Assembly (NCBI GenBank): GCA_963718235.1
Contig: CAVQYR010000001.1
Coordinates: 192,001 to 256,000 of the forward strand
Direction of reading: 5' to 3'
Length of the DNA: 64,000 nt
Origin: an uncultured Actinomycetota bacterium
GTDB taxonomy: Bacteria > Actinomycetota > Actinomycetes > JAHEKZ01
A program made the position numbers and the translations under genes. Every line of letters begins with the position of its first letter. Position 1 is the first letter of the stretch. The notes below the pieces were generated by a model. It did no database searches and was not told the origin of the DNA. It saw only the letters and a program-made list of their open reading frames with translations. Below, in pieces: positions 8,543-18,432 of the stretch.

Positions 8543-10159
8543 CTAGACCGCGCCTGGCCCACCACGCACGGGTGCTCGCCAGACCAGCCGAGTACCGCTT
8601 CCCTCCGGAGTCGCTGACTCCGTCACGCATGAGCCGCCGAGCCGCTCCGCCCGTTGGGAGAGGTTGGCGAGACCGCTGCGCCGTCCCCCGGGCTCGCCCA
8701 GTCCGACGCCGTTGTCGGTGACGATGAGCACCACGTCGTTGTCGTCGACGGACAGCGAGGTCCGAACCACCGTCGCCGAGGCGTGCCGGGCCACGTTGGA
8801 CAGCGCCTCCCGGACGGCGGCCACCACGTGCTCGGCCACGTCGTCGGGCACCACGCTGTCGATCGGACCGTCGAAGCGCACCGTCGGCTCGAAGCCCAGG
8901 GTGTGCGCAGCCGCAGACATCTCACGCAGCACCCGACCGCGCAGTCCGGTGGGGACCCCTCGGCTCTCCTGCAGCGCGAAGATCGTCGAGCGCACCTCGA
9001 CGATCGTCGCGTCGAGCTCGTGCACGGAGCGTTCGATCCGTTCGACGACGTCGGGCTCGGTGGCCGTGCGCGTGGCCCCTTGCAGCACCATCCCGGTGGC
9101 GAACAGCCGTTGGATCACCAGGTCGTGCAGGTCGCGCGCGATCCGGTCGCGGTCCTCGAGGACCGCCAGCCGCTCCTGCTCGCGCTGGGCCTCGGCGAGC
9201 ACCAGGGCGAGCGCGGCCTGTCCCGCGAAGTTCTCCGCCAGGATGCGCTCCTCGGGACGAAACGGGGGGGCGCCCAGGCGGTTGGCCAGGACGAGCGTGC
9301 CGAGGGTCCGGTCACCACTCACCAGCGCGACGTGCATGGTCGGTCCGTAGCGCTCGGCGTAGGGCGACGCGTCGGCCAGGTCGGCAGCGTCGGCCGGGGG
9401 CTGAAGCCGGCCGAGGAGGTCCTCGGTGCCCACGCCGGCCACGTGCTCGACGACCATCGAGTCGCCGTCGTCGGGCAGGGCGATCGTCGCTGCGTCGACC
9501 CCCGCCACCGCCCGTGCCCGGTCGGCGACCAGGTCCAGCACCTCGTCGGGCTCCTCGCCACGCAGCACGGCCGTGACGATCTCGGCAGACGCCCGCATCC
9601 ATGCGGCACGCATCTCGGCCTGGCTGAAGAGTCGTGCGTTCTCCACCGCGACCCCGGCCGCGGCGGCGAGCGCCACGAGCACCTGCTCGTCGTGCTCGCT
9701 GAACCGAGGGGCGCCCCGCTTCTCGGTGAGGTAGAGGTTGCCGAAGACCTCACCGCGCACCCGCACCGGCACACCGACGAAGGAGTGCATCGGGGGGTGC
9801 CCCGGCGGAAAGCCGAACGACTGCGGATGCGTCATCAGGTCGTCCAGGCGAAGCGGTCGCGGGTCGACCATGAGCAGGCCCAGGATGCCGTGCCCCCGCG
9901 GTGGTGTGCCGAGCGCCTGCACCTCGGCGTCGGCCAGGCCGACCACCACGAAGTCGCTGATCGCCCCCTCCGGACCGAGCACTCCCAACGCCCCGTACCT
10001 CGCGTCGACCAGGTCGACCGCCGCCTGCACGATTCGACGCAGCGTGTGGTTGAGCTCCAGGCCCGATCCCACGGCGACGACGGCGTCGAGCAACGCCGAC
10101 AGCTGGGCTCCGGCCGCACGGTCCGGCGAACTGTCGGTCGTGCGGCCGAGGTCAGTCAC
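8543..10159 (-). CDS. devS: DevS/DosS-like GAF-GAF sensor histidine kinase
   Basis: GFPPGHPPM (heme-ligand His region of DosS GAF-A); H-box DRIARDLHDLVIQRLFA; EALSNVARH, DNGVG, SGLANL. Confidence 0.87.
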   Translation of the reverse strand: MTDLGRTTDSSPDRAAGAQLSALLDAVVAVGSGLELNHTLRRIVQAAVDLVDARYGALGVLGPEGAISDFVVVGLADAEVQALGTPPRGHGILGLLMVDPRPLRLDDLMTHPQSFGFPPGHPPMHSFVGVPVRVRGEVFGNLYLTEKRGAPRFSEHDEQVLVALAAAAGVAVENARLFSQAEMRAAWMRASAEIVTAVLRGEEPDEVLDLVADRARAVAGVDAATIALPDDGDSMVVEHVAGVGTEDLLGRLQPPADAADLADASPYAERYGPTMHVALVSGDRTLGTLVLANRLGAPPFRPEERILAENFAGQAALALVLAEAQREQERLAVLEDRDRIARDLHDLVIQRLFATGMVLQGATRTATEPDVVERIERSVHELDATIVEVRSTIFALQESRGVPTGLRGRVLREMSAAAHTLGFEPTVRFDGPIDSVVPDDVAEHVVAAVREALSNVARHASATVVRTSLSVDDNDVVLIVTDNGVGLGEPGGRRSGLANLSQRAERLGGSCVTESATPEGSGTRLVWRAPVRGGPGAV

Positions 10160-10168
10160 ACCGGCAGC

Positions 10169-11902
10169 CTAGAACGCCTGCCTTCTCTCCCGCTCCCACG
10201 TGCTGGCGTACCAGCCAGGTGCCGCGAGGAGGTCTTGGTGGGTGCCGCGCTCGACGACCTGGCCCGCATCAAGAACCACGATCTCGTCGACGTCCTGGAG
10301 TCCGAGCAGTCGGTGGGTGATGACCACCGTGGTGCGACCACTCACGGCTCGCAAGAGGTCGTGCATGAGGGCGTCGGCCGTGGCTGTGTCGAGGTGCTCC
10401 CCCGGCTCGTCCAGCACCACGACCGGGAAGTCGGCGAGCAGGATCCGGGCGAGCGCCACGCGCTGGCGCTGTCCACCGGAGAGCCGGGCACCGTGCTCTC
10501 CGACCCGGGTGTCCAGCCCCTCGGGCAGCCCGTCGACCCAGTCGACCAGTCCGGCCGCCGCCAGCGCGTCGCGCAGCCGGGCCGGGCCGGCGTCACGTCG
10601 CGCCAGCAGGAGGTTCTCGGCCAGGGTCGAGTCGAACAGGTGCGCCTCCTGCGACAGCAGGCCGATGACCGTCCGGGTCTCGTCGCTGCGCACCGACGCC
10701 GTGGCCACGCCGTTGAGCGTGACCTGGCCCTGCTCGACATCGACGAAGCGCAGCAGCGCCGCCGCAACGGTCGACTTGCCCGCGCCACTGGGACCGACGA
10801 TCGCCACCCGGTGACCCGGCGGCAGGTCCAGCGAGAACGACTGCAGCGCAGCCGGCTGGCCCGGTGACCAGCGCACGTCGACGTCGTCCAGCGCGCAGTG
10901 GAACGGTGCCTCGGGCAGCGCGGCCGGCTCGGCCGGCTCGGTGACCGGGCTGGGTGCGTCGGCGACCTCGAAGATCCGGCGGGCCGACGCCTGCACCCGC
11001 GAGAGCTGCTGGAGGGCCATCGGCAACGGCATGACGAGCTCGAAGGCCGCCAGCGGGGTCAGGACGACGACCGCGAGCAGCACGCCGTCCAGCTGCCCTC
11101 GGGCAACGGCGAGGGCACCCACAGTGAGGCTGGTCAGCACGGTGATCCCGGCGGTGAGCGCAGTCAGCCCGGCTCCCACGCCGGCGCCGAGCGAGGCTCG
11201 CTGCTCGTGCTCACGCAGCACGTCGTCGCGCCGGGCGAGCCCTTGCAGTGCGTGCTCGGCGGTCCCGGCGACCACCAGCTCAGGGGCCAGCCGGACGAGC
11301 TCGACGACCCCGACGTTCAGGGCACCGCGGTCACCGGCCAGCGCCCGGTCGGCCCGACGTCCGACGGAGGCGGCCAGCAGGGGCACGATCAGCCCGGCCA
11401 GCACCAGGCCCAGGGCCAGGGCGCCACCAGCCGCCGGCACGAGCCAACCGACCAGGCCGACCGCACCGGCACCGACGATCGCCGCGACGCAGAACGGAGG
11501 GACGACCCGCAGGTACAGCTCCTGCACCGTGTCGACGTCAGCGACCAGCCGGCTCAGCAGGTCGCCGGAGCGAAAGGCCGGCACCCCGGCCGGGGCCAGG
11601 CGCTCGAGCTGCTCGTACACCTGCACACGCACGTCGGTGAGCACCCGGAAGGCCGCGTCGTGGCCCACCACCCGCTCGAGGTAGCGGAAGAAGCCGCGAC
11701 TGACGCCGAAGAACCGGACCCCGACGATCGCCACCGTCAGGGTGAGGATCGGTGGTTGCTCCGACGCACGGCTGATCAGGTAGGCGGAGGTCGCGATGAG
11801 GCCCACCGCGGCCACTGCGGTGAGGACACCGAGGAGCACGGCCAGGGCGAGGCGCCCCCACAACGGTCTGGCCATGCGCAGCAGGCGCCGGACGTCGGCC
11901 AT
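10169..11902 (-). CDS. cydC: Thiol reductant/heme ABC exporter CydC
   Basis: GVRFFGVSRGFFRYLERVVGHDAAFR; Walker A GPSGAGKST; LSGGQRQR; TGATG overlap with cydD. Confidence 0.92.
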   Translation of the reverse strand: MADVRRLLRMARPLWGRLALAVLLGVLTAVAAVGLIATSAYLISRASEQPPILTLTVAIVGVRFFGVSRGFFRYLERVVGHDAAFRVLTDVRVQVYEQLERLAPAGVPAFRSGDLLSRLVADVDTVQELYLRVVPPFCVAAIVGAGAVGLVGWLVPAAGGALALGLVLAGLIVPLLAASVGRRADRALAGDRGALNVGVVELVRLAPELVVAGTAEHALQGLARRDDVLREHEQRASLGAGVGAGLTALTAGITVLTSLTVGALAVARGQLDGVLLAVVVLTPLAAFELVMPLPMALQQLSRVQASARRIFEVADAPSPVTEPAEPAALPEAPFHCALDDVDVRWSPGQPAALQSFSLDLPPGHRVAIVGPSGAGKSTVAAALLRFVDVEQGQVTLNGVATASVRSDETRTVIGLLSQEAHLFDSTLAENLLLARRDAGPARLRDALAAAGLVDWVDGLPEGLDTRVGEHGARLSGGQRQRVALARILLADFPVVVLDEPGEHLDTATADALMHDLLRAVSGRTTVVITHRLLGLQDVDEIVVLDAGQVVERGTHQDLLAAPGWYASTWERERRQAF

Positions 11903-13560
11903 CACGACACCGCGGCCGGGGTGAGCGTGACGACCCGGTCGGCCAGCTCGACCAGCGCCGGTCGGTGAGCCACCACGAGCACCGTTCGTCCAACGGCCAG
12001 GTCGCGCACCGCGTCGATCACGGCCTGCTCGGTCACGCCGTCCAGGCCGGCGGTCGGCTCGTCGAGCAGCACGAACGGCGCCTGTCGGACGAAGACCCGC
12101 GCGATCGCGATCCGCTGCCGCTGACCCACCGAGAGCCCGGCACCGGCGTCGCCGAGCTCGCTGTGCATCCCGGCCGGGAGGGTGTCGACGAAGTCCGCAC
12201 CCGCTGCGCGCAGGGCCGCCATGACCTCGTCGTTGGTCGCCTCCGGCGACCCGATCCGCACGTTGTCGGCGATCGAGCCGGCGACGAAGGCGGGGCGCTG
12301 CGGCAGCCAGGCGAGCTGGCTGCGCCACGTCACCGGGTCGACGTCGGACAGTGCGACCGTCTCGGCCCCGTCGTCGAGGGTGAGCGAGCCGTCGCTCGGC
12401 TGCAGGAACTGCAGGGCCAGGTCGACCAGCGTCGACTTGCCGCACCCGCTCGGGCCGACGAGTGCGACCACCTCCCCAGGCCGGACCTCCAGGGAGACCC
12501 GGTCGACCGCCGGGGCGTCACGGTCGGCGTAGCGCACGCTGACTGCGTCGAAGCGCAGGGTCGAGCGACGCACGTCCGGGGCCGGGCGCCGACCCAGGTC
12601 CGAGGGACTCGTCTCGAGCACCTCGAACACCCGGCCGGCGGCGGTGAGTCCCTCCTGGCTGGCGTGGAAGTGCTGTCCGACCAGGCGCAGCGGGAGGTAC
12701 GCGTCCGGGGCGAGCACGAGGACGAACAGCCCGACGAAGAAGGTCAGGGAGCCCTCGACGAGTCTGATCCCGATCTCGACCGCAACCAGGGCCACCGACA
12801 GGCTGGCGAGCAGCTCCAGCGCCAGCGAGGACAGGAAGGAGATCCGCAGCACCTTCATCGTCGTCCGGCGGTACTGGTCGCTCACCGCGCGGATGCTGGC
12901 CGTCTGGGCCTTCGCCCGCCCGAACACCTTCAGGGTCGGCAGCCCGGCCACGACGTCGAGGAAGTGCCCGGAGAGCACCTCGAGGGTCCGCCACTGTCTG
13001 TCCTGCTGACGTTGGGTCGTCCAGCCGATCAGCACCATGAAGACCGGGATGAGGGGAAGGGTCAGCGCAACGACGACGGCCGAAAGCCAGTCCTGACCCG
13101 CGATCACCAGCAGCACGGTGACCGGCACGATGCAGGCCAGGACCAGCTGGGGCAGGTAGCGCGCGAAGTAGCCGTCCAAGGCGTCCAGCCCGCGGGTGGC
13201 CAGCACGGTGATCTCACCGGATCGCTGTCCGCGCAGCCAGGCCGGGCCGAGATCGACCACGTGGTGCAGGAGCCTGGTCCGCAGCTGCTCCTTCACCGCC
13301 GACGACGACCGGTGAGCAGCAGTCTCCTGCGCCCACGAGACGGCTGCCCGGGCGACGGCGACGAACCCCAGGGCCACGACCAGCCCCGAGATGTCGGCGA
13401 CGGTGGAGCCCTCCTGGAAGACCCGGGTGATCGACGTGGCCAGCAACCAGGCCTGGGCCACCACGAGCAAGGCGGTCACTGCGCCCAGGAGCACCGACAC
13501 CAGCAGGTACGCCCGCGCGGAGCGGGCGTACCTGAGGAGCCGCGGGTCGAGGGGGCGCAC
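11902..13560 (-). CDS. cydD: Thiol reductant/heme ABC exporter CydD
   Basis: RPLDPRLL start; YFARYLPQL, LPLIPVFM, GPSGCGKST, LSVGQRQR (alternative ATG at 13569). Confidence 0.92.
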   Translation of the reverse strand: MRPLDPRLLRYARSARAYLLVSVLLGAVTALLVVAQAWLLATSITRVFQEGSTVADISGLVVALGFVAVARAAVSWAQETAAHRSSSAVKEQLRTRLLHHVVDLGPAWLRGQRSGEITVLATRGLDALDGYFARYLPQLVLACIVPVTVLLVIAGQDWLSAVVVALTLPLIPVFMVLIGWTTQRQQDRQWRTLEVLSGHFLDVVAGLPTLKVFGRAKAQTASIRAVSDQYRRTTMKVLRISFLSSLALELLASLSVALVAVEIGIRLVEGSLTFFVGLFVLVLAPDAYLPLRLVGQHFHASQEGLTAAGRVFEVLETSPSDLGRRPAPDVRRSTLRFDAVSVRYADRDAPAVDRVSLEVRPGEVVALVGPSGCGKSTLVDLALQFLQPSDGSLTLDDGAETVALSDVDPVTWRSQLAWLPQRPAFVAGSIADNVRIGSPEATNDEVMAALRAAGADFVDTLPAGMHSELGDAGAGLSVGQRQRIAIARVFVRQAPFVLLDEPTAGLDGVTEQAVIDAVRDLAVGRTVLVVAHRPALVELADRVVTLTPAAVS

Positions 13561-13642
13561 GCCGTCCATGGTGGTGGTCGCCCCTCGCGGATGCTCTCCC
13601 GGGGCGGTCGAAGTCAGCCGCGGACCAGGGGTTCGCCGGTCG

Positions 13643-14686
13643 TCAGCGAGCAAGCTCCGGGGTGGGGGTCGCCGGGATGTCCTCGGTGCCGAGGCGCTTG
13701 CGGAACACCCAGAACGTCCAGCTCTGGTACACGAGCACGATCGGGGTCATGACCAGCGCCACGATCGTCATCACCTTGAGCGTGTACGGCGTGCTCGAGG
13801 CGTTCTCGATGGTCAGGCTGTACGCCGGGTCGACCGAGCTCGGCATGACGTCGGGGTACAGGGTGAGGAACAAGGTGATCACCGCGAGCCCGAGGGTGAA
13901 GGCGGTCAGGGTGAAGGCCCAGCCGTCGCGCTCGACCCGGTTCATCGCGAGCGAGCCCAGCAGCGCGACCGCAGCAAGGACCGAGGTGATCCAGGCAGCA
14001 GCCGGCGCGTCGTGCGCGACCAGGGTCCAGCCCAGGAAGAGCACCGCGGCCACTGCCGACGCCAGCCCCAGCCTGGGCACCAGCGCGTGGGCCCGGGTGC
14101 GCATGTCGCCCTTCGTCTTCAGCGCCAGGAAGTTCGCTCCGTGCGTCGTGCACAGCAGCAGCGTGACCACCCCGCCCAGCAGGGCGTACGGGTTGAGCAG
14201 GGTGAAGAACGTGCCCGTGTAGGTGAGCGTCTCCCGGGCGCCGTTGTCGACCGGCTCGATCGGGACGCCGGCCACGATGTTGGCGAAGGCCACGCCCCAC
14301 AGCAACGACGGCACCAGGCTGCCGATCGTGATCGCCCAGTCCCAGCGGCCGGCCCAGGCGGTCCCGGGCCGCTTGCTGCGGTACTCGAAGGCCACACCAC
14401 GCACGATCAGCGCGACGAGGATCAGCAGCAGCGGAAGGTAGAAGCCACTGAACAGCGTCGCGTACCACTCCGGGAACGCGGCGAAGGTCGCACCACCGGC
14501 CACGAGCAGCCACACCTCGTTGCCGTCCCACACCGGACCGATCGTGTTGATCATCAGCCGGCGCTCGGCGTCGTTGCGACCGAGGACGGGCAGGAGGTTG
14601 CCCACCCCGAAGTCGAACCCCTCAAGCACGAAGTAGCCGATCCACAGGACCGCGATGAGGATGAACCAGAACTCTGCGAGTGACAT
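13643..14686 (-). CDS. cydB: Cytochrome bd ubiquinol oxidase subunit II
   Basis: LEGFDFGVG, PVWDGNEVW, RGVAFEYR. Confidence 0.96.
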   Translation of the reverse strand: MSLAEFWFILIAVLWIGYFVLEGFDFGVGNLLPVLGRNDAERRLMINTIGPVWDGNEVWLLVAGGATFAAFPEWYATLFSGFYLPLLLILVALIVRGVAFEYRSKRPGTAWAGRWDWAITIGSLVPSLLWGVAFANIVAGVPIEPVDNGARETLTYTGTFFTLLNPYALLGGVVTLLLCTTHGANFLALKTKGDMRTRAHALVPRLGLASAVAAVLFLGWTLVAHDAPAAAWITSVLAAVALLGSLAMNRVERDGWAFTLTAFTLGLAVITLFLTLYPDVMPSSVDPAYSLTIENASSTPYTLKVMTIVALVMTPIVLVYQSWTFWVFRKRLGTEDIPATPTPELAR

Positions 14687-14698
14687 CGTCGGCTCCTG

Positions 14699-16111
14699 TC
14701 AGTACGCGATGGTCAGGGGGGCGTCGACGTCGCGCGACGCGTAGGTGTCGTCCGCCTGTTCGGTCGTGATCTCTGGTGGGCCTTCGGTCGCGAACTTCCA
14801 GATCAGCCCCACCTCGACGACGGCGAGCACGCCGTAGAGCAGGGTGAAGGTGATCATCGAGATCCACACGGCGGTCGAGCCGACGGCCAGCGACACGCCG
14901 TTGGCCGTCAACAGCTCGCCGTAGACGACCCAGGGCTGGCGGCCCATCTCGGTGAAGATCCAGCCGAAGGAGTTGGCGAGCAGCGGGGTGAAGATCATGA
15001 AGATCGCGAGACGGCCCATCCAACGCCGGTCGAACTCACGCCCGCCGCGGAACAGCCAGAGGCAGACCAGGGCGAACAGCCCGGCGAGCGCACCCCAGCC
15101 GATCATGAACCGGAACGACCAGTACGTGACCGGGATGTTCGGCTTGTAGCTGACGCCGGTGCCGAACTCCTCCTCCAACGCTGCCTGCACGTCGTTGATC
15201 CCCTCGACGGTGCCGTTCACCGAGTTGGTCGCGAGGAACGACGTCAGCCCGGGCACCCGGATCGAGTAGACCTCCTCGCTGCCGTCGAGGGTTCCAAGCG
15301 TGAACAGGCTGAACCCGGCGTTGCTCTGGGTCTCCCACAGCGCCTCTGCAGCAGCCATCTTCATCGGCTGCTGCTCGGTCATGACCTGGGCCTGGACGTG
15401 GCCGGAGAGGATGACGCCCACCGACGCCACCAGCACGGTGATCGCACCGATCCTCATCGACGTGCGCATGACCTCCACGTGCTGCTTGCGCACCAGGTGC
15501 CAGACCGCGAACCCGAGCATGAACGTGCCGGCGGTGAGGAAGGCCGCGGTGAGAGTGTGGGTGAAGGTGACGAACGACGTCTTCTGGAAGAGCACGGCGA
15601 AGATGTTGGTCATCTCCGCGCGGCCGGACTCGGGGTTGAACTCGTAGCCGACCGGGTGCTGCATCCACGAGTTCGCCGCGAGGATGAAGAAGGCCGAGAT
15701 GTTGGTGCCGATCGCGGCGAGCCAGATCGTGGCGAGGTGCACCTTCTTGGGCAGCCGGTCCCAGCCGAAGATCCACAGGCCGAGGAAGGTCGACTCGAGG
15801 AAGAACGCGAGCAGCCCCTCCATCGCCAGCGGCGCGCCGAAGATGTCTCCCACGTAGCGGGAGTACTCGCTCCAGTTCATGCCGAACTGGAACTCCTGCA
15901 CGATCCCGGTGACGACCCCGATCGCGAAGTTGATCAGGAAGAGCTTGCCCCAGAACTTCGTGGCCCGCAGGTAGACGTCCTTGCCGGTGCGGTACCACGC
16001 GGTCTGCAGTCCGGCGACGAGCATCGACAGGCCGAGAGTGATCGGCACGAAGAGGAAGTGGTACACGGTGGTGATGCCGAACTGCCACCTGGCCAGGTCG
16101 AGCGCATCCAC
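14699..16111 (-). CDS. cydA: Cytochrome bd ubiquinol oxidase subunit I
   Basis: ARWQFG...YHFLFVP, QEFQFGMNW, QPMKMAAAE, EMGRQPW; GGAGG RBS. Confidence 0.96.
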   Translation of the reverse strand: MDALDLARWQFGITTVYHFLFVPITLGLSMLVAGLQTAWYRTGKDVYLRATKFWGKLFLINFAIGVVTGIVQEFQFGMNWSEYSRYVGDIFGAPLAMEGLLAFFLESTFLGLWIFGWDRLPKKVHLATIWLAAIGTNISAFFILAANSWMQHPVGYEFNPESGRAEMTNIFAVLFQKTSFVTFTHTLTAAFLTAGTFMLGFAVWHLVRKQHVEVMRTSMRIGAITVLVASVGVILSGHVQAQVMTEQQPMKMAAAEALWETQSNAGFSLFTLGTLDGSEEVYSIRVPGLTSFLATNSVNGTVEGINDVQAALEEEFGTGVSYKPNIPVTYWSFRFMIGWGALAGLFALVCLWLFRGGREFDRRWMGRLAIFMIFTPLLANSFGWIFTEMGRQPWVVYGELLTANGVSLAVGSTAVWISMITFTLLYGVLAVVEVGLIWKFATEGPPEITTEQADDTYASRDVDAPLTIAY

Positions 16112-16189
16112 GTCGGGCCTCCACACGGTTCGATGCAGGTCGCTCGACCTGCCGAGAGCCAGCCTCTCGCGCCCGCCGACCCGTACCCC

Positions 16190-16227
16190 GGGACGAAGGT
16201 CCCAAGGGGTTAGGGCCAATCGACCGA
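16190..16227. promoter_or_regulatory. Paired DosR/OsdR-type boxes upstream of cydA
   Basis: GGGAC-GAAG-GTCCC at 16190-16203 (perfect arms) and AGGGCCAATCGACCGA at 16212-16227. Confidence 0.75.
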
Positions 16228-16305
16228 ACTTTCGTGCTCCTCCCGTCGGCCCGCCTGGTCCGATTCCCGCGAGTCCTCGCTGAGGGTGCATGACACAGTG
16301 ACCCG

Positions 16306-17250
16306 GTGACTCTCGCTCCTGGCCCAGCGGCCGTCGGCACCGGACGAGCCGGCCGGGTCTGGGTCGCCCTCCTCGTCGTCTACGTGGTCTGGGGGTCCAC
16401 CTACCTGGGGATCCGGATCCTGGTCACCGACGTGCCGCCGCTGATGGCGATGGGGGTCCGGTTCCTCCTCGCCGCGACGATCATCGCCACGATCGTGCGG
16501 CTGCGACGCGGGCCGGGCGCGCTGCGGGTCAGCGGCCGGCAGTGGCGTTCGGCGTCCTTGCTGGGGCTGCTGTTCATCGCCTGCGGCAACGGGGGAGTGG
16601 CGATCGCCGAGCAGACGGTGACCAGCGGCCTGGCCGCGCTGCTCGTCGCGGCGATGCCCCTGTGGGTCGTGCTCATGCGCGTCGGCTTCGGCGGCGAGCG
16701 GCCGCGGGCCCTGACCTGGGGCGGCACCCTGCTCGGCATCGCCGGGATCGCCGTCCTGGCCCGACCCGACCCGAACAGCGACGTCGCGTGGTGGGGCGTG
16801 CTGACCGTCCTCGGCGCCACCGTGATGTGGGCGACCGGGGTCTTCTCGTCACCGCGGCTGACCCTGCCGAGCGACCCGTTCGTCACCACGGTGTTCGAGA
16901 TGCTGGCCGGGGGAGCAGTCATGCTGGCCCTCAGCCTGCCTGCCGGCGAGTGGGACGGCTTCGACGTCGGGGCGATACCGCAGGACGCCTGGGTCGCCTT
17001 CGTCTACCTCACCGTGATCGGCTCGGTCGTCGCGTTCAGCGCCTTCGTCTGGCTGCTGCACCACGCGCCGGTCTCACTGGTGACGACCTACGCCTTCGTC
17101 AACCCGGTCGTCGCGGTGTTCCTCGGCTGGCTCGTCCTCGGTGAGAACGTCACTGCGGTGATCGTGGTCGGGGGTGGGCTCGCCGTCGTCGGCGTGGCCA
17201 TGGTCGTGCGCGGTGAGCGTCAGAAGCCGGTCGAGGGCGAGGTCGTGTAG
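16306..17250 (+). CDS. EamA/DMT family transporter
   Basis: YVVWGSTYLGIR, YAFVNPVVAVFLG; about 10 TM segments. Confidence 0.9.
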   Translation: MTLAPGPAAVGTGRAGRVWVALLVVYVVWGSTYLGIRILVTDVPPLMAMGVRFLLAATIIATIVRLRRGPGALRVSGRQWRSASLLGLLFIACGNGGVAIAEQTVTSGLAALLVAAMPLWVVLMRVGFGGERPRALTWGGTLLGIAGIAVLARPDPNSDVAWWGVLTVLGATVMWATGVFSSPRLTLPSDPFVTTVFEMLAGGAVMLALSLPAGEWDGFDVGAIPQDAWVAFVYLTVIGSVVAFSAFVWLLHHAPVSLVTTYAFVNPVVAVFLGWLVLGENVTAVIVVGGGLAVVGVAMVVRGERQKPVEGEVV

Positions 17251-18314
17251 TAGGTGCTCGCGACGGTCACGAACCGGTCGTTGGCCGTCGGTTCGCCGAT
17301 CGTGACCCGCACCCCTTCGCCAGGAAAGGCACGCACGACCACGCCTGCGGCCTCGCACGCGGAGGCGAACGCCTCCGTCGCCTCGCCGAGGCGGAGCCAG
17401 ACGAAGTTCGCCTGCGACTCGCGGACGTCGACGCCTGCCTCGCGCAGGGCGCGCACCACGCGGACCCGTTCGTCGACGACCAGCTGGACCCGTCGCAGCA
17501 GCTCGGGCTCCGCGTCCAGGGAGGCCAGCGCCGCACGCTCGGCCAGGGTCGTGACGCCGAACGGAAGTGCGGCCTTGCGCAGCGCGGCCGCGACGCGTTC
17601 GTGGGCCACGGCGTAGCCGACGCGCAGCCCGGCCAGCCCGTACGCCTTGGAGAAGGTCCGCAGCACCACGACGTTCGGTCGCTCGCCCAGGAGCGTCAAG
17701 GCGTCCGGGCTGTCGTCACGGCGCACGAACTCCACGTACGCCTCGTCGACGACGACCAGGACCTGGCTGGGCACGCGGTCGACGAACCGGAGCAGGTCGT
17801 CTCGAGCGAGGACCACTCCCGTCGGGTTGTTCGGCGTGCACAGGAGGACGGCACGCGTCCGGTCGTTGACCGCCGCGAGCATGGCGTTCAGGTCGTGGCC
17901 CTCGTCTGGTCGCAGCGGAACGGCGACCGGTGTGGCGCCGGCCAGCCGGGTCACGATCGGGTACGCCTCGAACGAGCGCCAGGGGAAGACGACCTCGTCG
18001 CCGGGCTCGGCGCAGACCGCGACTGCCTGACCGAGGACGGCGACCGAACCGGTGCCCACCGAGAGGCGCCCAGGTGTCACCTGGTGCCGGTCGGCCAGGG
18101 CCCGGACGAGGCCCGTGCTGGCGAAGTCCGCGTACCGGTTGACCTGCGCAGCCGCGTCGGTGATCGCCGTGACGACGGAGGGAAGCGGCGGGAACACCGT
18201 CTCGTTGCTGCTGAGCTTGACGGCTCCTGGCGGAGCGGACCGCCCGGCCCGGTAGTCGGCGATCGCCTCCAGGGCCGGGCGCAGGTACGGCCCGGGCAGC
18301 ACGTCGTCCGACAC
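17220..18314 (-). CDS. pat: Histidinol-phosphate/phenylalanine aminotransferase (Pat/HisC2-type)
   Basis: KLSSNE, PNNPTG, DEAY, RTFSKAYGLAGLRVG; not in a his operon. Confidence 0.8.
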   Translation of the reverse strand: MSDDVLPGPYLRPALEAIADYRAGRSAPPGAVKLSSNETVFPPLPSVVTAITDAAAQVNRYADFASTGLVRALADRHQVTPGRLSVGTGSVAVLGQAVAVCAEPGDEVVFPWRSFEAYPIVTRLAGATPVAVPLRPDEGHDLNAMLAAVNDRTRAVLLCTPNNPTGVVLARDDLLRFVDRVPSQVLVVVDEAYVEFVRRDDSPDALTLLGERPNVVVLRTFSKAYGLAGLRVGYAVAHERVAAALRKAALPFGVTTLAERAALASLDAEPELLRRVQLVVDERVRVVRALREAGVDVRESQANFVWLRLGEATEAFASACEAAGVVVRAFPGEGVRVTIGEPTANDRFVTVASTYYTTSPSTGF

Positions 18315-18432
18315 GATCGGTGCTCACCTCCGTCCAGCCCTGCGCACGGGTTGCCGGCAGCCGCCGGCTGTTCGCTCAGTCTGCACCGCAAGCGGCCCGG
18401 GCACCGGTCAGGGTGCGCCGTAGGCTGCGCGC

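Noticed and set aside
17220-17250. Convergent 3' overlaps (eamA/pat; also ptpA/S8 and GNAT/GT87)
   Set aside because: Short tail overlaps are common in high-GC genomes; no sign of frameshift
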